From Selaginella moellendorffii (Eukaryota; Plantae; Lycopodiophyta): a stretch of 64,000 nt of DNA. The notes under the pieces are model-generated. The model had not been told where the DNA came from. It searched no databases and saw nothing but the letters and a program-made list of their open reading frames with translations. This document shows, piece by piece, positions 1-11,776 of the stretch. A program made the translations under genes and the position numbers. How positions within the stretch are numbered: position 1 is the stretch's first letter; the number at the start of each line of letters is the position of its first letter. The stretch spans positions 3,117,181 to 3,181,180 of the forward strand of contig NW_003314265.1 in NCBI RefSeq assembly GCF_000143415.4, read 5' to 3'.

Positions 1-407
1 CCATCATGGCCGAGCTGCGCTACATCGGAATGATCAAGCCCGACTCCATCCGCCCCGACGCTGTTTGCTCGTTTCTCAACGCTCCGGACGAGTCCATCGT
101 CTCTTACTTCGCGGCGATCGCCTACGCGCTGCTCGTCTACTACCGCTGCTCCGACAATTACATCAAAGTGAAGCGTATCGTGGACTACCAAGTGCGATGG
201 TCGGCGCTCATCACCTTGGCTGCCAAGCACGACTTCACCACCAGGAAATCCATTCTCGAGTTCAAGCGAGGGCCACAGATGGTGAAAGGCCAAGACGTTG
301 TGGCGTCGCTGCCAAGCACCCCTGCCATCTCTCGGTTTGGAACGATGTTCTACGACAACATCCAGGAAACAATGCTTCAGCACATCATGTCAGGTACGTT
401 ATCTTGA
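1..407 (+). CDS. Nuclear-encoded group II intron maturase (nMAT-type), C-terminal domain X, 5'-partial
   Basis: Translation IVSYFAAIAYALLVYYRCSDNYIKVKRIVDYQVRWSALITLAAKH matches the maturase domain X pattern (YY..xDN....K..V.Y..R.S...TLA.KH). The frame is open from the window edge; stop at 405-407. Confidence 0.75.
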   Translation, partial: IMAELRYIGMIKPDSIRPDAVCSFLNAPDESIVSYFAAIAYALLVYYRCSDNYIKVKRIVDYQVRWSALITLAAKHDFTTRKSILEFKRGPQMVKGQDVVASLPSTPAISRFGTMFYDNIQETMLQHIMSGTLS

Positions 408-1219
408 CTTTTGTTTCGTGTTTTGGTGATGAAACGCAGATAATTTTTGCAGGATCCCGGCGGCCTCGATCGCAGTGACCATTAAACAGCAAGCAAGGAG
501 GTGTTCATCTCTTTTTTCAACTCTTCCACCCCGCTTTTTCGTGAACAACGCGGGAGGTTGATCATACTTTCTTGCTGAAACTACAAGGCAAGGTAGGACT
601 TTGCTAAAGGTGATTGAAGTTACTAAAGATGCTCGACCTTGTTGTTCTGGTCAGGCTGGAAGCTTCAAGGCCAGAGTGGAAAATGCGAGGAATTTTAGTA
701 GGCATGCCCAGAATCCCGTGTTTGACGTTCTCCCATTTTAAACAAGAACATACGTCCTTTGCTTCTTCTAGCAACTTCGAAAGCTCTCGATTATCAACCA
801 CGTTATTGTTTTACTCGGGGATATTGAAAATTATTCCCGGAGTGACAAACACGAACCTCTGCTGGCCATAGACAACCATACTATTAATCCGGGAGAGGTT
901 ATTTACCCTTTGCTATCGTTTTAAACAAGCTTAACTAAGATCGTGTGCCGGAAATGGACGCTCAGGATCGGTCCACCCCGCTAGAGTCCATCGCGGCTTT
1001 GGCTATGGAAGACGTCACTCTAGCGTTCTGGCAAGAAGCTCCATAACAAAGGGCTGCGTCCAATGCACTCTGATTCCTTCCCCTTGGATTTCTTTCCAAA
1101 ATCTTCTTCTGCCACAATGCTATCATCTCTCCGTCGCGAATGAGGGCTTTTCCTCCATCTCCATCCTCGTGAGAGACACGAATCCCTCCAATCCAATCCC
1201 CAATTCGATCTCTCCCAGG

Positions 1220-1762
1220 ATGAAGATGAACCGGCTCATCGAGAAGCTGGATGCGATTCGCGGGGGAGGCGGGCGGCGCTCGGGCAGCGACGAGGATTCG
1301 TCCATGGATCTCTTCAGATCTTCTTCCAAGCTCTGGCGCTTCTCCACCTCGTACAGGGAGAGCCTCTCGCCCATCCTCCCCGGCGGCGAGGCGGCGGCGT
1401 CCAATTCCTCGCTGGCGGTGCTGCAGCGCAGGGGAGATCACCGCCTCCTCTCGTGCGTCAAATTCGCCAGGAAGGCCAAGAGCAATCTGGTGACGCTCCT
1501 GGTGGGCAAGGAGGACGAGGAGCGGCAGGCGTTCCAGGTAGAGCCCCAGATCCTGGACCACGCCATCGTGCAATGCCTGCTCGAGAGATCCAACTTCGTG
1601 GCCGCGGGGCTTAGGGCGGGCGAATCGCCGCTGTACGAGGAGGACATCCTGCTCGATTGCGACGCCATTCTCTTCGAGCACATCCTGTGGCTGCTCAGCC
1701 GGGACGATCCATCGCTGCGCAACTTCAATCTCGAGGAGCTCATGGAGTTTTACACAATGTGA
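1220..1762 (+). CDS. SAUR-like (small auxin-up RNA) family protein, intronless
   Basis: VTLLVGKEDEERQAFQVEPQILDHAIVQCLLERS and ILLDCDAILFEHILWLL resemble the SAUR domain. First in-frame ATG at 1220. Confidence 0.75.
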   Translation: MKMNRLIEKLDAIRGGGGRRSGSDEDSSMDLFRSSSKLWRFSTSYRESLSPILPGGEAAASNSSLAVLQRRGDHRLLSCVKFARKAKSNLVTLLVGKEDEERQAFQVEPQILDHAIVQCLLERSNFVAAGLRAGESPLYEEDILLDCDAILFEHILWLLSRDDPSLRNFNLEELMEFYTM

Positions 1763-2213
1763 TCGATCATAGCCCCTTTCTTCCTTCCTCTTTCTTGGTT
1801 CTTTCTTCTCTGGCGATTGATCGACCCGCGATGGATGAGATACATTGGATCGATCGATCGAGCAGGGAGAGTTAAATGGTGATCGAGCAAACGATTATAT
1901 GGAAATTCGATTGAAACACGAAGACGAATCGATTGATAGGTAGGCCGACCTTCCTTTCTTCCGTTGGGATTCTTCCTCGCCCTTTTTAAGAGGTTTTTTG
2001 TTCTTTCTTGTTGCCTTCCATTAGATAGGTTGGTGGAGATAGAGAGAGCTCATTCTCCTCCATGTTTCTTTATATGCGTACGGCCGTGAAACTTGGCCAC
2101 ATGGCCATTTCAGGGCTAACGTGTCTAAATTTAAAATATTTCGCGGCAATTTTAATAGCCCTAAAACAGAGCACACGAGAAGAACACGAGAACACGAGAG
2201 GAGAAAGTAAGCA

Positions 2214-4550
2214 TCAAACCAATGAATGGGTTCGCCGATGTCGCCGCCTCACTTGAGGAGCCGCCACCCCCGCCGCCCTCGCCGCCGCCGCCGCCGCCTT
2301 GAGCGATCCTTCATCAAGATCATCCTCTGGCGGCGGCGCTGGCTGTGGCGGCTTCATCACGTCCTGCGGCTTTAGCGCGTGCGGCCTCGATCGGCAGCCC
2401 AGCTTCTTGGCCAGCGAGAAGCTCGACATCATCGACGCCGCGAGCACGGCGTGACTGCTCTTCACTCCACCGCCGCCGCCGCCGCCGCTCTTCCCGTTTC
2501 CAATCTTCTCAATCTCCTGCCTCATCTGCGTGCACTCCTTCTCCAGCTCGATCACGCGGCTCCTCATCCGATCCATGTCCACCTTCATCACTTGGTTCTC
2601 GCGTAGCACATTCGCCCAGCCTTCTCCACCACCTCCTCCTCCTGCTGCTGCTCGATTCGATGCAGCGGCGGCGGCGGCGGCGGCGGCGCCACTGGCAGCG
2701 TCGCGTGGGTTCTGGTAAGCTGGCCGCGACGCCTCCACGTTCTCGGACACGAGGAAGCAGCCGGCGATGGCGGTCCGGAGCTGCAGCTGCTCGAAGAACA
2801 GCACCTGGACGACGACGCGGAGGGGCAGGCGCTCGTTCTGAGCGGCGTGAGTGCACGCCTCGAGCGAAAGTTTCTGGCAATCCATGGTGCGACACAGCTT
2901 CTCGCGCTCTAGCTCCGTCAACCAGTGATGAGCCTGGAACCAAGAACCAAAGTTATAGAAGAAACTCACGAAGGAGGTGGCACGAAGAACTTACCTTGAG
3001 ATAGATATCAATCGCTCGGTACAGACCATCGTCCACCAGCCTCGCGTACTCGGGCAGCGATTCCGCCAGAGCCTGAAACTTCCCCATCTTGAGATTCACG
3101 TCCGGTGCCACCTCCGCGAGGTACGCGTCCATGAGCTTGGCGACTTGCATCATTGGCGTCACCGCTCCATTGTTTGGCGAGCCGTCGTGATCATACGACA
3201 GGCTCACCAGGTTCCCCAGCGTGTTCACGGACGATCCACCACCATCGCTGCTCAGGAAATGCTCCACGATCCGCTGGACGACGTCGATGTCGTAGAGGGT
3301 CTCCACTGTGTACGAGTAGTTCGGCATGAGGAGGTCGTCCAGCCCGGCCTGTTCCAGTTGCATACCAATCCTCGCTTCCAGGCTCGCCTTGCAATCGCTG
3401 CTTGCACCCAGGAGCATCGACAGCTTGAGCAGGCCGAAGAGAAATCGGACGGGGACGACCCCTTTCTGAGCCGGAAGAAGCCGCTGGATGGTCTCGAGTA
3501 GAATTCGTTGATCCACCTCAGAGAGCGTGGTGACGGGAGCCGAGTAGAGTCCACTCCGGGCGCTGCTACTTCCACCGCCGCCACCGCCTCCGCCACCTTC
3601 GCCTCTGCGGCGGTTTAATCCAGGGAGGTAGCGTTTTCCGTAACTCATCACTGCTCCAGCGACGATGTCGGGCTTCAATCCGCGAACTTCCATCGCAGCC
3701 ACCAGCCGCTCAAACATGCTCAGGCTGAGCGACGCGACGTCCTCGTACCACCAGTCGCTGCGAGAGTTCCTCGGCCGAGCCCCGGTGCTAATCCCGTTCC
3801 AGAGGACGCTGCCGCCGGGGCTTTGCATGGTGAGGTGGTGATCCATGAGCGGCCACCCGAACAAGCTCGGATCCGTGCACGCCTTACTGGAGATCGAATC
3901 CACACACCGCTTGACAATCTGGAGCTTCTCCGCCTGCTCGAGCACCTTCTCGCACGACTGAAGCGCCCGCACCGAGTCCTTCCAGCTGCGGAGCACCACT
4001 TGGTTGAGAAAGCCTTCGGCCTTGACGATGAGATTGCCTTCGCCAAGCTGCTCGGTCATCTCTAGGTACTCGGCGGCGCAACGGAGCGGGACAATGTTGC
4101 TGGCGGTGAGCTCGAGCTTGACGCCGTAGCAGAACTTTGCGGCTAGCTCGAAGGACTCGGTGCCGCCAGGGATGCCAGCGAGCTGAACGACGCAGCCACG
4201 CTGCTCTTCATCGTCCTCGTCTTCGTCATCTTGGTTTCTAAGTTGATCGCGGCTCTCTAAGGACTCGGTGATGAGTTTCTCGAGAAGCCCGCTCTTGGAC
4301 ATGAGAGGAAACTACAAGAGACATGGATCAGAACAATTGGATAAGATATCCAGAATAGAACCTTGTGAAGGTGGAAAGTCATTTCGTCGACTTGGACAAC
4401 CACATCGCTGGGAAGACCGGTCGTACAAAACCTGCGCAAGGAAAAGGAGGAGACAATGGGGCGAGAGATCTAGCAATTCCAAGCTTACCATGCTTGGCCT
4501 CTGCGAAGAAATCCCTCGCTCTTGGAGCCCAGCTTCATACTCGCCGCCAT
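2214..4550 (-). CDS. BTB/POZ-NPH3 domain protein (NRL family), 4 exons
   Basis: Spliced N-terminus [52 protein letters not shown]. Motifs [35 protein letters not shown] and [22 protein letters not shown] are present. GT-AG introns; GA-repeat 5' leader near 4682-4740. Confidence 0.95.
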
Positions 4551-5471
4551 TCGAATGCTGTGCGAGAAAAACTGCCGGGAGAGGAGAAAAACCCTCCGGA
4601 GTGAGTGATCTGGCGGAGCCTGGAATCTCGAGCAAAAAATTGGCTCTCCAGCAGAGTTCCTCGCGCTTCCCTGTGGGTGTGGAGAGAGAGAGAGAGAGAA
4701 AGAGAGACTTCAAAGTCTCTCTATCTGTCTCTCTCTCCCTTTTGTTCCTTCTGCCTGCCTTTGAATTGGCGATGGAAGACGCGCCAATCACATCAAGCGC
4801 ACAATGCCGATGCGTGTCATCACCGGCGACGACTCAAACCCGACCAAGAACAGTCGAGCGCTAGCGCACACCCCCTCCCTCCTCATAATCCTCTCAAATC
4901 CCGACCTCGCCGACAAACCTCCTGGATTGAATGGCGCGACGGCGTTGCGCAGCGCGCTACGCCGCTCCCTTCCAGCTGCGATCTCTCTCGATCGCGGCAA
5001 GAACCCCGTCGGAAAGCGATCAATCCCCTCCCCTGTTCTTCGTGCCTGTCCCAAAGGCAAAACCCTTGCCCTGAATGATCCGGTGGTTGGAATCGAACCG
5101 CTCACCGGGTCCTCCGTACAGCTACAAGCACCGTACGGCCGAGGGGATTAAAGGGTGAAAGCGCCATTTCCTTTTGCGGGTTGGTGCTGGCATTTTGTTG
5201 TTGGATAGACTGACGCCACAGGATGTAGCTCTCGCGCGATCTCGTCCGTCCAATCTCTGGCGCTCGCTATACTGGCTTACTGGCTACCTTTACACTTACA
5301 GCAGCCAGCAAGGCCAGAAGTGATTGATTTGTCTCTTTCAATTCAATTGCCTTTAGTTTTCATTTCACACTTTAGGGCTCCTTTAAAAGAAGATCGCATA
5401 TTCTACAGGCTCACTGTATATTCGTTTACCTTCGTCGTCAATGGTCCTAGGTTGAAGAAGCGCTGACCACC

Positions 5472-6620
5472 ATGCCACTGCCACACGCTCTTTCTTCTCC
5501 CCGGCAGTCCCAATCGATCCTTGCCTACCTCGATTCTCCCCATCGCCATCGCGATCGTGGCTTGTCGCCGCAATTTCGTGTCGAAATCCCTGCTCGCGCA
5601 ACGTTTCTCGCGGAAAAGCGATCCAGCCTGCCGGCCAGGAGAGCTCCTAGGGTTCTTGGATCTTTTGGGGGCGCGTCTTCTTTCTCGTCCTCTTCGTCCG
5701 GTGTAATGGCGCCCAAGCTCGATCCCTCGCTGCATTTGAAGGCATTCGACGACGGCGGCAAGCTCGCCGAGGGGCTGGCGGATCACATCAGCAAGCTCTC
5801 GGCTGCATCGATCGAGAGGAAGGGCGCATTCACTGTTGTGCTGTCGGGAGGATCGCTCGTCTCGGCGCTCACGTAAGTGATGATCTCCTTTTGCTCGATT
5901 CGATTCTTGGTGGCGAAATTCACGAGGGATCGATCGATTCAGGAAGCTTGCGCAAGCGCCGGTCGTGGACCAGATCGATTGGAGCCGATGGCATGTCTTC
6001 TGGGTGGACGAGCGCGCGGTCCGCAAGGATGATCCGGACAGCAGCTACAAGCTCGCGCACGATCTCTTCCTCTCCAAGGTAGAGAATTTCCTCCAGAATC
6101 TTTGCAGCTAGCTTCCAACACTTGGTTTTTTCTTCTTGGATCATCCAAGGTGACGATTCCAGTGTCTCAAGTCTACTCCATCAATGACGCTCTCGACGCC
6201 GACGCCGCCGCCGACGACTACCAGGCTTTGATCGCGCATTCCATCCAGACGGGGATCCTCGACACATCGCAGCAGGGACTTCCCCGATTCGATCTCATCC
6301 TCCTGGGGATGGGACCTGACGGCCACATCGCGTCGCTCTTCCCAAACCATCCGCTGATCCAGGAGAGGCAGCGATGGGTGTGCTCCATCACCGATTCCCC
6401 AAAGCCGCCACCCCAGCGCATCACCATGACGCTGCCGGTGATCAACGCGGCCGCCAACGTCGTGTTCGTCGCCTCCGGGGCCTCCAAGGCAGAGATGGTG
6501 GCGCGAGTTTTCGGGGAGGAGCTCCCGGCTGGGGAGTTGCCGGCGCAGATGATCTTGCCTCTTGATGGAAACCTGGTATGGTACGTGGATCGAGCGGCTG
6601 CTGGACAATATGGACGCTGA
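5472..6620 (+). CDS. PGL: 6-phosphogluconolactonase, 3 exons; Ser/Arg-rich N-terminal extension, second in-frame ATG at 5706
   Basis: Motifs GAFTVVLSGGSL, WSRWHVFWVDERAV, FDLILLGMGPDGHIASLFP, ITDSPKPPPQRITMTLPVIN. Introns near 5872-5942 and 6079-6149. Confidence 0.93.
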
Positions 6621-6820
6621 TTGTTTCGTGATCTCGCAAGGAAATAATTCTTTTGATTCGAAAGAAACTTCCGATGATTAAACGCAAGAACTTCATTGTC
6701 CTGCTAAAAGTCTTTATTTTGCGAAAGAAAGCTTCCAACTCTAGGTTCGCTCTATCATCTATCAAAGCCAAAAACGAAGTAAAAACGAAGTTCTATCACC
6801 TCGTATGTAGCTCTTGGAGC

Positions 6821-7543
6821 TTAGAGTGCCTTGAGGATCTCGTCGGCGCTGCTCACCGTGTAGGCACCACCCTCCTCGAGATTCAACACCTTGACGATCC
6901 CATCCTCGGCCAGCAGAGAGTAGCGCCGGGACCTCACTCCCAATCCCTCCACCTTGTCTGAAAGATCCACGGTCACTCCCAGATCGCGGGTAAACTTGCC
7001 ATTGCCGTCGGACAGCATGAGGATCTTGCCATTGACGCCCAGCGCCTCGCCCCACGACTTCATGACGAAGGCATCGTTCACGGAGACGCAGGCGATGGTG
7101 TCCACCCCCTTGGACTTGAGCTCGTCCGCCTTGTCGATGAATCCCGGGACGTGCTTGGAGGAGCAAGTGGGCGTGAAAGCTCCGGGCACCGCGAAGATCA
7201 CCACCTTCTTCTTGCTCGTCAGGTCCGACACCTTGATGCTCTGGATGGCGCCGCTCTCGTCGAAGTAGGAGAGCTCTCCATCGGGAATCCTCTCCCCGAC
7301 CGCGATGCTCGGCTTTGTGGTGGTGGTGCCGACCGCCGCGGCTGTGGCGAGGCTCCGCGATGGCGCCCTGGAGATGGTCGTCCCATAGACGGAGCTTCTA
7401 CTGTACAGGGATGGCGATGCCTGGAGCGCCGACGAGCGCTGCCTGAGGAATTGTCGCCCAGTGGTGAGGAGAGCGTGGCGGATTTGGGGCCTGGACGAGG
7501 ACGCGACGAGCGATGGCACGACGGCGGCAGCTAGCGACGCCAT
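6821..7543 (-). CDS. Type II peroxiredoxin, plastid PrxIIE-like, intronless
   Basis: [17 protein letters not shown] active-site motif, [13 protein letters not shown] and GLGVRSRRY. Ala/Ser/Arg-rich transit peptide from ATG 7543. Confidence 0.93.
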   Translation of the reverse strand: MASLAAAVVPSLVASSSRPQIRHALLTTGRQFLRQRSSALQASPSLYSRSSVYGTTISRAPSRSLATAAAVGTTTTKPSIAVGERIPDGELSYFDESGAIQSIKVSDLTSKKKVVIFAVPGAFTPTCSSKHVPGFIDKADELKSKGVDTIACVSVNDAFVMKSWGEALGVNGKILMLSDGNGKFTRDLGVTVDLSDKVEGLGVRSRRYSLLAEDGIVKVLNLEEGGAYTVSSADEILKAL

Positions 7544-7822
7544 GGACAGATTATCGGAGATTCTGCGAAAGAATGTAGCAATCAATCGAGCGAACGAAGA
7601 CCTAAAAGCTTTTACCTCCGCCTCGCGAACGAACGATGTAGCCCTTGCGACGACGAAAAAGCCCAAGAACAGCGGAGGAGGAGAAATGTATGCGATGGGA
7701 ATATCTTCTCTACGTGGCCAAATTCAAGCGTGACACGTGGTAAACCCTCCCTTAGGGTTTATGCGGAGCGGCATTCTCAAGTCGATCCGGCATTTGGAGC
7801 GAGGGCGGCGATGAGCTAGCGA

Positions 7823-10800
7823 ATGCTGCGCAGTAAGTCTCGATTCTCAGGAATCATATCTTTGAGGAATCGATCTCCGGGACAAGATCTCTCCAATGCT
7901 GCCCACAGCACTGAATTTCATCATGGATCGTCTGTCGAGAGGCGGGCCGAAATATCGCCCGACGACTATGCGCAGCTCCTGGATGCCTGCGCGGCGAGCA
8001 AGGATCTCCACCAAGGTCTGCTGGTTCATGCTCGCATCTCCAACCTCGCGCTGGATTCTAACGTGTTCCTTGGAAACAGGCTTGTGGTCATGTATCTCGC
8101 CTGTGGTCGCCCCGACGAGGCCCAGCGCTCCTTCTACAAAATGCCCAACCGCGGCCCGGTTCCATGGACCAGCATGATAGGCACTCTCGCTCGAGAATTC
8201 CACTTCCACTCGGCTCTCTCGGTTTTTCACACCATGCTGCTGGAAGGAGTCCCTCCGGATAGTCCCACACTCGCGACGGTGATCAGCGTTTGCGGGAATC
8301 TGGAAGATCGAGGCCGAGCCTCTCGCTTACTCCACTCCATCGCCGTGGAGACTGGCAGGGACAGCGAGACCATCGTTGGAACTGCTCTCGTCTCAATGCA
8401 TCCGGATTTTGGCCATGCGCGGCAGGTTTTTGAGGGTGTTCTCGCCAAGGACGTGAGAACTTGGAATGCGATGATGGACGTTTATATGCGGAGGTCTGAC
8501 TACTCAGAAGTGCTGAGGCTCTTTCAGGAGATGGACGTGGAGCCGGACAGGTCGAGCTTTGTCAAGGCTCTCAACGCTTGCAGTGGTCTCGGGGATTTGG
8601 AACAGGGCCGGGTTCTTCACGAGCAGGCTATCGAGAAAGGATTCCATGCAGACGTCCGGGTGGAAGCAGCAATCTTTAGCCTCTACTCCAAGGGGCAGAA
8701 TCTGGACGTGCTGTTCAACTATGCTCCTCACCACGACAGCGTTGTCTTGTGGACAAGAAGGATGGCTGCGAGCACGAAGCAAGGACACAGTGCTACGACG
8801 ATGCAGTACTTCGGACTCATGCAGCTGGAGGGAATCAAGCCGGATAGAGTGACTCTGCTGACGATTGTTGACGCCTTGGATCGCTCTTGTTTCCTCGCCG
8901 TGGGCAGGATGGTCCATTCTCACGCTCGAGAACTGGGACTCGGGGGCCTCGCCAGCCTCATGAACGCTGTTATGAACATGTACGCGAGGTGTGGGAGCTT
9001 GGAAGAGGCAGTCCAAGTGTTTGCAGAAATTCGCAAGGATCTAATTTCCTGGAACACTATCATCGGAGCCTACGTACATCATGCACACTACGAAGAAGCT
9101 ATCAACTTGTTCCAACAGATGCAGCTCCAAGGTTTTCCACCGGACAAGATTACGTTGCTAGCGATGCTCAAGGTTTGTTCAAACTCAAAGTTCTTTCTCA
9201 AGAGCAAACTGATCCATGCTTGTGTTGTAGAGCTTGGCGACGAGGTAGAGCTAGCCGCTGCCATCATGGGAATGTATGGCAAGTGTGGAAACCTAGAAGC
9301 CTCAGCCACAGTATTTAGCAGCAGCGCCTTCCAGCAAAGTCCGGCGACTTGGAACTCGAGGTTAGCAGCACTGAGTCAAGAGGGACAGTCGACAGAAGCT
9401 CTTGTTCTCTACAGCTGTATGCTGCTCCAAGGTGTGATGCCTGACAGAGTTACCTTCCTTGCTCTTCTCGACGTAGCAGCCACTTTAGAAGCTCGACCGG
9501 TTGTGGAGGGACTACACGGCCATATAATCCAGCGTGGTTACGCTCGAGATACGTTCGTAGCCACTGCACTGCTCGACACTTACAGCAAGTGCGGAAGGCT
9601 GGAGGAGGCACGTTGCGTATTTGAAACACTCAGCCTTGGAGACCGCAACGTTGTTTGCTGGACTGCCATGGTCTCCGCCTACGGGCAGCACGGTTTCTTT
9701 GGAGAAGCGCTGCTGTATTTCCAACTCATGCAGCTCCAGGGTGAAGCTCCAAACAAGGTGACAATGGCTGCCGTGCTGACTGCTTGCTCGAAAGTGGAAC
9801 TTGAAGCTGATGAACTCAAGAGCGTGATGCGGGTATACCGGTGCTGCGTCGAACTTGGACATGATCGAGAGCTCGTGGTTGGAAATGCCGCTCTGAGCGT
9901 CCATGCCAAACTGGGAAACTTGAGGGAGGCCCGTGAGATCTTCTCTAGGATGTGGACACGCAACGTTGTCAGCTGGAACTCCATCCTGTCGGCCTGTGCT
10001 CAAGTCGGAGAAAGCAGGGAATGCCGGTGCCTGTTTCGACATATGCTGCTGGAGAGCGACTCCAGACCTGACAACTATACCTTCATCACCATCCTCGGCG
10101 TTTGCAAGCAGAGCCGAGAGGATCTAACTCATGGAAGGCTTCTTCATCAACTTGCCAGGGAGAGCAGCGGCAGCCTGGATCTTATCGTCGCGACAGCCTT
10201 GGTTCACATGTACTCGGAATGTGGAAGCCTCGAGGACGCGGCGACGACTTTCGGCACGATACAGCAGCCTGATGTGGTGTCTTGGAATGCGATGATCTCG
10301 GCCCTGTCGCACTATGGCGAGTTCCAGAGAGTTTTCGACTTGTTCCAGCGGATGAAAGACTCCAAAGTTGCTCCCGACAGCCTCACATTCGTTGCGGTCC
10401 TGAATGCATGCACCGCCAACTCGGAGCTCGAGCTTGGCCAACGTGTTTTCTCCGAGGCAGTCCGGGCAGGATTTGGAGCAGAAGTCGCAGCAGCTGGCAT
10501 CAACCTGTTTGGAAAGTGTGGAAAGCTGGAAGCCGCAGTGGAAACGTTCCTGACGCTAGTGCCACACGAGAAAAGCTTGCTGGCTTGGAACGGACTGGCC
10601 ACGGCGTTGGCTCACGGCGCAAGGCCGAGCGAAGTGATCCGAGTGCTCGAGTGCATGCGGCTATCGGGCATTGATCCGGACTTGGTGACTTTCGTGAGCG
10701 TTCTCTCCACACTGAGTCATGCCGGATTCGTGGAGGCCTGCTGCTACCAGTTGAGCTCCATGAGCACGGATCACGGCCTTACTCCATCGGCTACTCACTA

Positions 10801-11089
10801 CTGCTGCGTGATCGACGTGCTCGGCCGGGCTGGATTGCTGGACGAGGCCGAGGAGATGGTGGCCGTCAAACTTAGAAACAGGAGGCAGGAGCTTTCATCA
10901 TCCCGAAGTAGCGGTGGCAGTGGTGATGACCCTCTCGTCGTTCTCTGGACGAGCTTCCTAGCCGCGTGCGGGATCCATGGAGACTCGGAGCGTGGGAAGC
11001 GAGCAGTGGAGAGAATTCTCGCGCGCCAGCCTGAGGATGCTGCAACGTACGTAGTCTTGTCCAACATTGCTTCTCTGGGAGGAACGTAA
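7823..11089 (+). CDS. PLS-class pentatricopeptide repeat protein with E domain, no DYW domain
   Basis: 1088-aa intronless ORF with repeated WN.MI.A, PD.VTF and MY.KCG.LE.A motifs; ends HYCCVIDVLGRAG...ATYVVLSNI. Confidence 0.93.
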   Translation: MLRSKSRFSGIISLRNRSPGQDLSNAAHSTEFHHGSSVERRAEISPDDYAQLLDACAASKDLHQGLLVHARISNLALDSNVFLGNRLVVMYLACGRPDEAQRSFYKMPNRGPVPWTSMIGTLAREFHFHSALSVFHTMLLEGVPPDSPTLATVISVCGNLEDRGRASRLLHSIAVETGRDSETIVGTALVSMHPDFGHARQVFEGVLAKDVRTWNAMMDVYMRRSDYSEVLRLFQEMDVEPDRSSFVKALNACSGLGDLEQGRVLHEQAIEKGFHADVRVEAAIFSLYSKGQNLDVLFNYAPHHDSVVLWTRRMAASTKQGHSATTMQYFGLMQLEGIKPDRVTLLTIVDALDRSCFLAVGRMVHSHARELGLGGLASLMNAVMNMYARCGSLEEAVQVFAEIRKDLISWNTIIGAYVHHAHYEEAINLFQQMQLQGFPPDKITLLAMLKVCSNSKFFLKSKLIHACVVELGDEVELAAAIMGMYGKCGNLEASATVFSSSAFQQSPATWNSRLAALSQEGQSTEALVLYSCMLLQGVMPDRVTFLALLDVAATLEARPVVEGLHGHIIQRGYARDTFVATALLDTYSKCGRLEEARCVFETLSLGDRNVVCWTAMVSAYGQHGFFGEALLYFQLMQLQGEAPNKVTMAAVLTACSKVELEADELKSVMRVYRCCVELGHDRELVVGNAALSVHAKLGNLREAREIFSRMWTRNVVSWNSILSACAQVGESRECRCLFRHMLLESDSRPDNYTFITILGVCKQSREDLTHGRLLHQLARESSGSLDLIVATALVHMYSECGSLEDAATTFGTIQQPDVVSWNAMISALSHYGEFQRVFDLFQRMKDSKVAPDSLTFVAVLNACTANSELELGQRVFSEAVRAGFGAEVAAAGINLFGKCGKLEAAVETFLTLVPHEKSLLAWNGLATALAHGARPSEVIRVLECMRLSGIDPDLVTFVSVLSTLSHAGFVEACCYQLSSMSTDHGLTPSATHYCCVIDVLGRAGLLDEAEEMVAVKLRNRRQELSSSRSSGGSGDDPLVVLWTSFLAACGIHGDSERGKRAVERILARQPEDAATYVVLSNIASLGGT

Positions 11090-11169
11090 CTTGCTTGTGT
11101 CCTAAAGAGTAACACTGGAAGTCAGACATAGTAACTTGTTCTCGAAACTTTTACCTGTGGATCTATATG

Positions 11170-11597
11170 ATCCACCGCTGCCTCCATATCTCCCTGCGCT
11201 TCCGAAATGTCAGCCCAAAGTTTTAATCAGTTGACATGAATGAATCCACTTACTGGTGACTTCCATGCCCAAGCGCTGGGCGAGTTCCTGTAGCTCCACC
11301 ACCTTTTCGTCATCACGGAGAATGAGCTGCAGCTCGGGCGGCCCCCTGCGCAGAAAAGAGGTTAGCGAGCAAGAACCCAAAAAAACAAGAAAGGGAGAAA
11401 CAGAGAATCAAGATTCAAGAGAGAAAGACCCTTAAACTCACCTCAACAAGAGCGTCGATGTCAATAGCGATTGAAGAGATCTCCTGGGCTGCAGCGAGGG
11501 ATGTCCTCTTGGCGAGCTTCCACTCCTTGTGGACCAAGAAAAGGGCAGAAAAATCCACCACGATAACCACCGCAAAGAAGAGAAAGAAGAACACCAT
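11170..11597 (-). pseudogene. Internally deleted copy of an unknown gene with a hydrophobic N-terminus; inverted paralog of 25150-26560
   Basis: Exon MVFFFLFFAVVIVVDFSALFLVHKEWK...DALVE/gtgag. Its reverse complement aligns with 25150-25620; about 0.9 kb present in the other copy is missing here. Confidence 0.55.
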
Positions 11598-11776
11598 CTT
11601 TGAGACAAGCGAAGCTTGGCGCGCGCGAGAGAGAGAGGAGTGCCCACACACACGCAGTCCAATAAAAATAAAAATGGCCGACTTAGCCCTAGAACGATAT
11701 GATTTTAGCCCCTAAAGAATGCCAGCTGGTCCTTTAAGAAATCTGGTTTTAGGGTTTATAGACTAGGGTTTAAGGA

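Noticed and set aside
962-1681. Long antisense or alternate-frame ORFs over GC-rich genes (also 2345-3004, 14994-15428, 15092-15871, 17198-18142, 58518-59171)
   Set aside because: They are shadows of well-supported genes, with low-complexity translations and no motifs.
5078-5110. Possible tRNA from a minus-strand GGTTCGATTCC
   Set aside because: No A box, D arm or acceptor stem could be built.
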